Shown piece after piece: positions 54,501-61,860 of a stretch of 64,000 nt of DNA (the stretch's first letter is position 1; each line of letters starts with the position of its first letter). The stretch comes from Nemertoderma westbladi (Eukaryota > Animalia > Xenacoelomorpha), in contig JAUCBJ010005435.1 of the NCBI GenBank assembly GCA_032718475.1, forward strand, positions 1,417-65,416. The letters are read 5' to 3'. A model generated the notes under the pieces. That model saw only the letters and a program-made list of their open reading frames with translations, was not told where the DNA came from and searched no databases. The position numbers and the translations under genes are program-made.

Positions 54501-57500
54501 CAGGCCGAGGTAAGTATAACCAACAGAGCGCTGACCTACCTGAAAACAGGCCGAGGTAAGTATAACCAACAGAGCGCTGACCTACCTGAAAACAGGCCGA
54601 GGTAAGTATAACCAACAGAGCGCTGGCCTTCCTGAAAACAGGCCGAGGTAAGTATAACCAACAGAGCGCTGGCCTATACCTGAAAACAGGCCGAGGTAAG
54701 TATAACCAACAGAGCGCTGGCCTTTCTGAAAACAGGCCGAGGTAAGTATAACCAACAGAGCGCTGGCCTTCCTGAAAACAGTCCGAGGTAACTATAACCA
54801 ACAGAGCGCTGACCTACCTGAAAACAAGCCGAGGTAAGTATAACCAACAGAGCGCTGGCCTTTCTGAAAACAGGCCGAGGTAAGTATAACCAACAGAGCG
54901 CTGGCCTACCTGAAAACAAGCCGAGGTAAGTATAACCAACAGAGCGCTGACCTACCTGAAAACAGGCCGAGGTAACTATAACCAACAGAGCGCTGACCTA
55001 CCTGAAAACAAGCCGAGGTAAGTATAACCAACAGAGCGCTGACCTACCTGAAAACAGGCCGAGGTAACTATAACCAACAGAGCGCTGACCTACCTGAAAA
55101 CAAGCCGAGGTAAGTATAACCAACAGAGCGCTGGCCTACCTGAAAACAGGCCGAGGTAAGTATAACCAACAGAGCGCTGGCCTACCTGAAAACAAGCCGA
55201 GGTAAGTATAACCAACAGAGCGCTGGCCTTTCTGAAAACAGGCCGAGGTAAGTATAACCAACAGAGCGCTGGCCTTTCTGAAAACAAGCCTAGGTAATAT
55301 TGCTGTAATTTAGTAGTGAAGGGGGGGGGGGGGGGGGGGGCTGACTTACTTAGTGGACATTCTGTGCTTTGTGACTGGTGGTGTGGCAAATTTCGTGACA
55401 CTTTGTGACTGGGTGGGAGGGTGTCTGAAATGTTTCACAATTTATAAGGTGGGTGTTGTTAGGTTGGCACTGTTAGCCATGCTGGGAGGTGGGTAAATGT
55501 TGACACATTGTGATGAAGGGGGGGGGGGGGGGGGACCTGTCTGAATCGGTCGATTCAGACAAGGTATTCTTTTAGTAACCCTTTCAACCAACAATGTTTT
55601 CATACATGTACATTTACTTCCAGGTGCCCGGGCACGTAATTCTATAGCGGTCTCGCCCGCCGACAACATGGGTGCATCGTGCAGTAAACGCCCACATTCA
55701 GTGATCTCTTACTCCAGTGGTAGTAGTTCAAATTCCTCAGTTATATCATCAAGTAAGTTTATTAATTTCTACTCGAGAATTTATGAGTAATGACTATTTA
55801 CATACTTGTGTGTAAAGTATTACAGTGTGATGATCCGAGTGTCTTTGTTACACGAACGAACGTTAGTGAGTGAGTGAAAATAAAGCTCCGAGGATCAGAA
55901 CACTGTAAAGTACTTTGCAACAAGTATATATGTAGTTTTATTCCAAAATGTTAACATTACGAAATGATTGTATATATATTATAAGTGATAGAAACTGCAC
56001 AAATTATATTAGTTGCTGTATAAATAAATGTAAAATGACATAAATTATGTTATAAATAAGTTAGCTTATATTTATGGTGGCGCGTGGAGCCATGTTATAA
56101 TAATATAGCTAGGCCCTACTGGTTATTAATAGCTATACCCCGCCTACCGGTAGGTAATGCAGTAGGCCTATCTGGCTGTCAGGTAAATTTCCACCTATTG
56201 TTTACGTTTCCATTTCCACCTATTGTTTACCTGGTATCCAATGACGGCGTTAAGTAATGTCCCCTTAGTGGACATTACTTAACGCCGTCATGGGTTACCA
56301 CGTAAACAATAACACCAAATACAATACTAAATGTACAGGCCAATACAATGCTGTAATGTCCTTTAAAGTTTTAAAGTGCTAAATAACAACTCGCTGTTAA
56401 TACTAACGGCGTTGAGTAATGTTACAATATTGGAATAAAGTAACATTATCGTATTTGCAATAAATTAATATTTTTAAATGTTAAATATAAACATTCACAT
56501 TCAATTCAAGAAAAACAACTTGGAATTTTTGTTGCCATTTTGTTCCTTTTTGGTAATTAATTATATCAATTTGGTAGTTAATATTATATTAAATTGACAA
56601 ACTCCTTGAATACATATAGTCAGGAACTTTCGTAAGAATAAATTCCCTATAACCAGTTGATATGTCGTACATTAATAATTATTTGTCCCACAAGTTATAA
56701 CTTTGCATTCTTGGTTTCCTAGGTTACACGCCGTTCTACCACAGTGGTTGCTATGACCCCGCCGCCCACCAACGACCCCAGTTGTCACAGCAACGCAGTA
56801 GCGAGAGTTACGGAGACTCGAGTCCGGTTGACGCAGTCAGCCCCGAGCCGCCCGTCGTTGGTGCCGGGCTAACATCTGGTTCACCTTCGGAGAGATTCGT
56901 TTCCCAAATATCCCAGTAAGTTGAAGTAAAATCCGTAAGTTCCTATTTGTTGCAGTTCACTATACCCTCGGTTAGACTTAAACACCAGTCTATACCGACG
57001 TTCATGTCTGCAAATATCGTTATTAGCTGGTCCTGATTACCTTGGCTAATTATACAATTCCCAAGGGTAATTATGCCATGCTGACATTGTAGTTACGAAC
57101 TTAGTGGCCGGAACATACAGAAAGACTGTCTTATAATAAATAATTTAAAAAGTTTATATTTATAGGCAGATTTTGTTCGATCTTTATTCGAATTCTCATT
57201 AGTTTTTAACGTACCGCTTTATTAATTAATAGTCATCGCCTGTCAATTCATACACTATATATCGTGACCATAGAGCCAGAACAACACATACCACACTACT
57301 TTTTGGTGAGTGTTGTTCTGGCTCTTTGATGGTCACGATGTGTTAGACCAAGAAGTTCAACTGCGGAGATATTAAAAATTATCCTTCTATACGGGATATT
57401 TTACTAATTAACACCTAACTTTTTTCTGTAAAGCGTTCTTTCTGTATATATATACAAAAAGTACTAACTTAATTTTTTTTTATAAGGAAACAGTTTACTT

Positions 57501-60500
57501 AGCTAGTATATATACATTATACACACTATTTTAGTATTATGTTGAGCCTCCAGGGGGCTGGGGGGAAGAACTGGGGCGAGATTCTTGCCACGTATATTAA
57601 TAAAAGAGTTTATATCCGTATGCGCTTTCGCCCGTTTCGGGTGTCTTCAGCGGAATATATTAAACATTAAAAACCAAATTAAATAAAATTCAAAGTAAAT
57701 TTACAAATAAAACGAGGGACTGGATCGACGTCATTCCGCAATATTAAATATGTTTTAGTAATGGATCACAGTGTGTTAAATATTTATGTCAGAGCAGTCG
57801 GGCCGAAATTGTTAAACGTTTTACCTCAACTCTTACGCAATATGTCTGATTGTTCCCTCGACTCTACCAAAACCACTTTTATACATATTTTGGGCAGCAT
57901 TCCGGACAGTAAACCTGCAGCCCAGGATATACCGGAATAAGTGCAACTCATCTCAACTCACTTATTAAACTTATTCCGTATTTGCGTTTGCGATACATTA
58001 CCTTTTTATTTTCTTCATGATAAGTATATTACGAGGCAATACATAATAGTTAAATTAATATTACTTTACTCTCGTAATTGTAGGTAAATAATATTTCTAA
58101 TGTTTTTGCAGTCTTGGGCTAAATTATATTTATACATATTTTGGTGCGTTCAACGAGATCTCCACGGTTTTTATATAATAGAGCAATTAATAAATTTATG
58201 CCCGAAAAACCTATAATACAATGCAGTTAGCTTTAGAATAACAAAACATAATAGAAGTCAGTCAGGTAATACTTCCCTTAAGTTAAGTTATGCAGTTTAC
58301 ATTAACCGTACTTAGTTAATCGTTAATCAATTTTATTAAAGTTAATCCTTCGGCCGCCAAACTGAATCCATCGCCGGTCGAGACTTATTAACAAAAAATC
58401 TGCACATAGTGCCCACTAAAGCGGTGCAACATGGAACATAACCTTGTACATTTAATGTAGTTATAAAGTTCAAGTTTCAGCGAGTTTGTATGATTTTGAT
58501 TATTCAAATAATCTGCAATATATCCATAGCTTAAAGCTAATAGTGAAATCCACATCTCGCTATTTGGTGTCGGAACTATGGTAAATTAAAGTGTCTCGTT
58601 GTTTTCGATTAAAGGCTGTTAATTCATCGTATTCGATTCAACATCGGCAAACATGAACGTGAGAGCGGTTTTTCATTTATCGCAATATTTACAATAAATA
58701 AATTACTATTTGAAACAGAGATGATTTAATGGAACCGTATTGTTAAATACGAGTCCGACACAATATATATATATTCGACCTTTCGCATTCAATGAGTTAA
58801 TATTTAAATGTAAGGTGTGTGGCTCCATCAATATTACATCTGTGGGGCGAGCCACGAAGTGAGCTGTCGTCGTCTTAATTTTTTGATCAGTATTAACTAT
58901 ATCATTCCTTAATGAAATCAAACCAAACTAGGTACAGTACGTATGTAGAAAGAATCTGAAGTTTGGTCAAAATCAGACAGTCAGTCTGTCAGTCGGTACC
59001 AGACAAGTAGTTTCAGACTTTCGATAAAAACCGAAATAATTCTGTCAATCACTGATTAAATCATACAAAACTTGATACGTATGCAGTCTCGTGCTGCGCG
59101 AAGGCCCCACGAACGAGCCCTACCACGTCTATAATTGTGCATGCACCCTTGATAAAGTCACATTTTAAAAACCTGAGAAATGGTGTGAAAGTGATAATAA
59201 ATGTTAAGAAAAATAAAATGCCTGTTCACCATCACCACCATGGATGATCTTCCACAGTGGCATATACCCTTCCACTCTGTTTCCCATTCCCAAGGTTGAT
59301 ATCTTATATATCGACCAGTCAAGGATGAAAACCTGGTTTGGGTTAGCCTGCAATATTTAAAGCACTGTAACTGTAACCAACAGTGTTGCCCCCTTCTATG
59401 GATCCAACCAGGGCCTCCTGATAGGAAGCCCAGGTGCAGCTTGAATATAAACAAATGTGGTGCATTTTTAGGCAAACTAGCAAATTTGAGACAAGAATTC
59501 TATTTTGCAGGCTCATATTGCTTGACTAATATACAGAGAATTTATGCTACTAGTTTTTATGGCAGCCCGGTATGGGACTTGTTTTCACATGAATGCGCCA
59601 GGATATTTACTGCATGGAATTTACTGTATTCTTATTCTATTTAAGTATGGTTGTTTGTATATTTTCTACTGTACTTAATTCTACTTTAAGTATTATACTG
59701 TTACTGTTACTTACTTACCGGTACAATTATTGTGCTCTCTATAGATTCTCATTACTTTATGCTGTTCCCAGCTTGCTGGTGTACGAAAATAAACGAAATA
59801 AAATAAATTAAAATAATTATTATTGGTATTTTGGGTGAATGAGTGGTTTCATATTATTATAACTTTCGTTTGGCACAGCTTTTTATAGACGGTAATGACG
59901 TCCAGGTGGGATCGAGGTGGTGCCCTCCAGGTTGGAAGTCTGACGCTCTAACCATTCAACTAGCGTTTCAGATAAAAGGTAGACCTATGGAAATACTACC
60001 TGATAAAATTGTATATGTTCGCAATTTTTACCTCGTCATGGCCTCCCATCTGCCAACACCATCATCTGATGCGACTGTGCTCAATCATGTCAGATGGTAT
60101 TGTCAATGGGAGGCCATGATGGGTTGTGTACAAAACACAGACCCAAGACCCCAGACCCCCAGGTACAAAACACAGACCCCCCCCCCCCCCCATGTACAAA
60201 ACACAGACCCCCCCAGGTACAAAACACAGACCCCCCCAGGTACAAAACACAGACCCCCCCAGGTACAAAACACAGACCCCCCCAGGTACAAAACACAGAC
60301 CCCCCCCCCCCCCCCCCCTCTGTGGGGTCTGTGTTTTGTACCTGGGGGGGGGGGGTCTGTGTTTTGTACCGGGGGGGTCTGTGTTTTGTACCTGGGGGGT
60401 CTGTGTTTTGTACCTGGGGGGGTCTGTGTTTTGTACCTGGGGGGGTCTGTGTTTTGTACCTGGGGGGGTCTGTGTTTTGTACCTGGGGGTCTGGGGTCTT

Positions 60501-61860
60501 GGGTCTGTGTTTTGTACACAACCGGCCATGATGATGTAAAAAACATTCAGTCCGCGGCAAGCCGATTTTAGGGCATTCATCGTAATTTAGGAAATATAGG
60601 GTATCTATAATATAATGGGTAATATAAGGATAGGCCCTAAAAACTGCGAACTACGCGTAGTTGCAAGAGAGTGGACCTTAGGCGGCCCCCCACGTCGGGA
60701 GTCCCGTACCGGTCCGGTACCTAGACCAGTACTACACGACCGTAGTTGGTTACGGTTACGGTTTTTTGTCTACTTACCTAGGCCTATTTTTGTATTTTTT
60801 CATTGTAACAAGTAACATGTAAATATAGGCAACTGTATGTAGTTGGTGTAGTTCCGTCTGTTTGATTTATATCCTGAAGATGGCCCTAGTGGCAGAAATT
60901 AAATTGATAATAAAGAACTTGTTGTTTTCTCATTTAATCACCAGGGCAGAAATAACTCCAAAAAGATGACCTATATTTCCTAAATTATGATGATGTATAG
61001 CTATGGTAATTAATGACTTGAGAGCCAGACCAACTTCAATACACTCGGCTCATATTGCTGAAAAGTGCTACTTTTAACGCTTAATGTAAATGTAGTTAAT
61101 AACAATTTGGGTGTGTGAGGGTGGGTTGTGTACATGTTATTATTACGGGACAAATTGAACTAATTATGATTGGTTGTTTTATACAAATTCTAAAATGATA
61201 AATTGGGACTGGGGATTCAAAAGCAAAAGGTCTATTATTTCAAAACTAAGTTTAATGTATACTTTCGATATTCTTCATTGTTAGTTTGTCTCCAGATGGC
61301 TTTGCTTACTTTTGCAGTTCACTATACCCTCGGTTAGACTTAAACACCAGTCTATACCGACGTTCATGTCTGCAAATATCGTTATTAGCTGGTCCTGATT
61401 ACCTTGGCTAATTATACAACAATTGCCGAGGGTAATTATACCATGCTGACATAATAGGATTATAAACTCTACAATTAGTGAATTACATAGTTTAACAGCT
61501 TGGAATTAATAAATATATCTGTGTCTATAAAGAACAACTATAAAACACTTTGATTAAAATAAATGTTTACATATTATAATTGCGTACATTACGATGTATA
61601 AGACACATTGACATATTCTGAGGTAACTGCACTCGCCCATGTAAACTATCTCGCTTCGCTCGGTTTATAAATCGACTGGTACAACAGTAATCATATAAAG
61701 TCCCACTTTACACGACGTGGTATGCATAAATATTAATTATTTTGTTTATTAAAGGTCGTCGTCTGTATTAAAAGGAATTCAAGAAGAGGAAGACCGCGCA
61801 TCTTCACCAGTGCCCGATGACGTCATCAATATTCAAAATAATGTTTCCATGGAAACCTAG
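16161..61860 (+). CDS. PLEKHG4: Multi-exon PLEKHG4/PLEKHG4B/ARHGEF40-family Rho guanine nucleotide exchange factor (whole gene span, ~24 exons, ~1686 aa)
   Basis: Exons join in frame with GT-AG sites. Family motifs: LASLYPPFRETAP, EGWPL, LRPGDFY, LLHSG..PGTRD, GMTVLVDAR, DH domain (ELIQTERDYI, LASYLLKPVQRMTKYALL), PH domain (RHVFLFQELVVFSK, FGIWFRR), MGVGSKP, KRPHS. The exact paralogue cannot be assigned; first and last exons are less certain. Confidence 0.9.
16691..17385. repeat. 21-bp minisatellite (tactgtgtgtcgtgtgccatc)
   Basis: About 30 tandem copies; source of the repetitive ORFs in all frames. Confidence 0.95.
18656..20326. mobile_element. ~1.7-kb foldback (palindromic) non-autonomous element flanked by TA, Tc1/mariner-like
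   Basis: Arms are reverse complements over most of their length (ccccatgtcctgaaatatagtgtcgttat / ataacgacaatatattccaggacatggtg; gggtgagccagaactttt / aaaagttctggctcaccc), centred at ~19550. Confidence 0.8.
19245..19440. mobile_element. Small hAT-like MITE nested in the left arm of the foldback element
   Basis: TIR cagggactgg / ccagtccctg with atcga subrepeats; absent from the right arm; TSD not clean. Confidence 0.7.
20717..20923 (+). CDS. PLEKHG4: RhoGEF exon, N-terminal family domain (TNHERLDLNVQEVLASLYPPF...EAKVC)
   Basis: ttgcag acceptor, gtaagt donor; resembles the ARHGEF40/PLEKHG4B N-terminus. Confidence 0.9.
21423..21606 (+). CDS. PLEKHG4: RhoGEF exon (LVWKS...EGWPL...LRPGDFYF...VRD)
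   Basis: ttttag acceptor, gttagt donor; family motifs. Confidence 0.9.
23030..23168 (+). CDS. PLEKHG4: RhoGEF exon (GRLHHK...LFTHEWL...CVLCGPQGVVR)
   Basis: tacag acceptor, gtaagt donor; phases consistent; LFT.EWL motif. Confidence 0.88.
23190..23473 (+). mobile_element. tRNA-derived SINE in intron
   Basis: A-box-like tagtagtggt, B-box ggttcgatcc at ~23244, 3' (ttac/tttac)n tail. Confidence 0.6.
23580..23735 (+). CDS. PLEKHG4: RhoGEF exon (LTWEEVTHPK...EAELTD)
   Basis: ttatcag acceptor, gtaggt donor; phase 2/2. Confidence 0.85.
23723..24168 (+). repeat. Donor-junction tandem array, 68-bp unit, ~6 donor copies
   Basis: Unit aacttacagacag|gtaggttaggttggtcggttattgttggtcagccggtttgtagtgtcggtcactt; first copy is the real exon end. 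Confidence 0.9.
24513..24618. repeat. (TCTG)n microsatellite
   Basis: Seen directly, just upstream of the acceptor at 24655. Confidence 0.95.
24656..25404 (+). CDS. PLEKHG4: RhoGEF exon, Ser/Pro-rich low-complexity linker
   Basis: GC-rich open frame (part of ORF 24483-25409); aacag acceptor, gttagt donor. Confidence 0.85.
27078..27191 (+). CDS. PLEKHG4: RhoGEF exon (PSPYTNSF...FELLHSGSCIIPG), start of Sec14-like region
   Basis: ttgtag acceptor, gtatgt donor; LLHSG motif. Confidence 0.85.
27628..27751 (+). CDS. PLEKHG4: RhoGEF exon (GTRDLNQRPVIE...LLLYYSNIP), Sec14-like
   Basis: tccag acceptor, gtgagt donor; GTRD..RPV motif. Confidence 0.88.
27860..29654 (+). repeat. Acceptor-junction tandem array, 47-bp unit (~36-bp variants near the exon)
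   Basis: Unit aactcccattcatttctcacacag|ttcccataaactttctcatatgt; last copy is the real acceptor at 29648/29649. Confidence 0.9.
29649..29805 (+). CDS. PLEKHG4: RhoGEF exon (SQDLTRGMTVLVDAR...CQNSTQ), Sec14-like
   Basis: cacacag acceptor keeps the frame (the next AG gives a stop); gtaaga donor. Confidence 0.88.
30008..30175 (+). CDS. PLEKHG4: RhoGEF exon (VFIEKK...QLTTYSGGRYTYLHEDWIRFRMK)
   Basis: ttgcag acceptor, gtgagt donor; QLT...GG...Y.H..WI motif ending the Sec14-like domain. Confidence 0.9.
30146..32000 (+). repeat. Donor-junction tandem array, 41-bp unit, ~45 copies
   Basis: Unit cacggggattggatccggttcagaatgaag|gtgagttcgaa (30 nt exon + 11 nt intron). Confidence 0.97.
32085..32310 (+). 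CDS. PLEKHG4: RhoGEF exon (LEPLSELC...NESMSL), spectrin-like helical region
   Basis: ctgtag acceptor, gttagt donor; ORF 32085. Confidence 0.88.
32308..41309 (+). repeat. Donor-junction tandem array, 42-43-bp unit, ~210 copies, 9 kb
   Basis: Unit ttg|gttagtgtcggtttattgtgtctgtctaacattgtatcaa, beginning at the exon end 32310. Confidence 0.95.
41717..41874 (+). CDS. PLEKHG4: RhoGEF exon (GHSVDYSNS...LFDDEYNK)
   Basis: ttttag acceptor, gtacgt donor; phase 1/0. Confidence 0.87.
42053..42172 (+). CDS. PLEKHG4: RhoGEF exon (IIHWLARKGE...DLGDSL...FYFTAI), spectrin-like
   Basis: ttttag acceptor, gtaagt donor; WL..KGE..GDSL spectrin signature. Confidence 0.88.
42321..42512 (+). CDS. PLEKHG4: RhoGEF exon (KYCEKAEEL...LERRR...HHYIDS)
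   Basis: gattag acceptor, gtgagg donor. Confidence 0.87.
42766..42940 (+). CDS. PLEKHG4: RhoGEF exon (AFDWALSGMKYL...AQSM)
   Basis: gatag acceptor, gtaggt donor. Confidence 0.87.
43207..43832 (+). CDS. PLEKHG4: RhoGEF exon, Pro/Ser-rich linker before the DH domain
   Basis: ttttag acceptor, gttggt donor; within ORF 43155-43931. Confidence 0.85.
44233..44491 (+). CDS. PLEKHG4: RhoGEF exon, DH domain N-half
   Basis: IMSELIQTERDYISSL...LRGRRTVVFCNIEKIRDFH; ttttag acceptor, gtaagt donor. Confidence 0.95.
44785..45197 (+). CDS. PLEKHG4: RhoGEF exon, DH domain C-half and PH start
   Basis: YNKNKP, LASYLLKPVQRMTKYALL, LRHGNDLLA, EQGQLLMQDEF; ttctag acceptor, gtaggt donor. Confidence 0.95.
45316..45429 (+). 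CDS. PLEKHG4: RhoGEF exon, PH domain (GRKKFMRHVFLFQELVVFSK...YHYKSSYK)
   Basis: tttcag acceptor, gtgagt donor; PH motif. Confidence 0.93.
45425..51641 (+). repeat. Donor-junction tandem array, 29-bp unit, ~210 copies, 6.2 kb
   Basis: Unit acaag|gtgagtatgggacc(a/g)tgtagggtg, beginning at the exon end 45429. Confidence 0.97.
51895..52056 (+). CDS. PLEKHG4: RhoGEF exon, PH domain C-half (MSELGLTQTIGDSGYKFGIWFRR...LLLHQ)
   Basis: ttgtag acceptor, gttagc donor; PH C-terminal helix with Trp. Confidence 0.93.
52027..53352 (+). repeat. Donor-junction tandem array, 34-bp unit, ~39 copies
   Basis: Unit gccgagtta(g/a)ccaacctattacttcatcag|gtta (30 nt exon + 4 nt intron). Confidence 0.97.
53867..53999 (+). 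CDS. PLEKHG4: RhoGEF exon (AMRNRERQ...MGVGSKPSL...KTGR)
   Basis: tttcag acceptor, gtaagt donor; resembles the PLEKHG4B post-PH MGIGNKP motif. Confidence 0.9.
53957..55297 (+). repeat. Donor-junction tandem array, 46-bp unit, ~29 copies
   Basis: Unit agtataaccaacagagcgctggcctacctgaaaacaggccgag|gta (43 nt exon + 3 nt intron; the next unit completes gtaagt). Confidence 0.97.
55624..55752 (+). CDS. PLEKHG4: RhoGEF exon (GARARNSIAVS...KRPHSVISYSS)
   Basis: ttccag acceptor, gtaagt donor; resembles the PLEKHG4B ARTRASIAVS/KRPHS motif. Confidence 0.88.
55795..56440. mobile_element. Hairpin-rich non-autonomous element
   Basis: Imperfect palindrome at 55795-55937, inverted termini tttattccaaaatgttaacattac / gtaatgttacaatattggaataaa, internal hairpin at 56221-56311. 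Confidence 0.55.
56723..56915 (+). CDS. PLEKHG4: RhoGEF C-terminal exon (YTPFYHSG...FVSQIS)
   Basis: cctag acceptor and GC-rich open frame. It ends at a gtaagt donor, or reads on to TAA at 56917-56919. Confidence 0.72.
59441..59815 (+). pseudogene. 5'-truncated LINE remnant
   Basis: GAFLGKLANLRQEFYF...IYATSFYGSPVWDLFS..C.RIFTAWN resembles the post-RT region of non-LTR elements; followed by an A-rich aataaa tail. Confidence 0.55.
60122..60523. mobile_element. Foldback/MULE-type MITE made almost entirely of TIRs with tandem subrepeats
   Basis: Near-perfect 402-bp palindrome (ggttgtgtacaaaacacagaccc...) with a 10-bp TSD ggccatgatg (60112-60121, 60524-60533). Confidence 0.9.
61755..61860 (+). 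CDS. Candidate terminal exon (SSSVLKGIQEEEDR...VSMET*)
   Basis: ttaaag acceptor in phase 2, matching the 56915 donor; open to TAG. Confidence 0.55.

Noticed and set aside
30146-55297. CRISPR-like appearance of the 29-46-bp repeats
   Set aside because: Units are head-to-tail with no unique spacers, there are no cas genes, and the context is a eukaryotic spliced gene.
30176-55623. New introns created by tandem duplication of AG|GT
   Set aside because: Each donor-array intron still ends in unique sequence with a conventional acceptor, so the arrays expanded existing introns rather than forming both ends.
59843-60580. Overlapping Pro/Gly-rich ORFs on both strands
   Set aside because: Produced by the palindromic MITE subrepeats.
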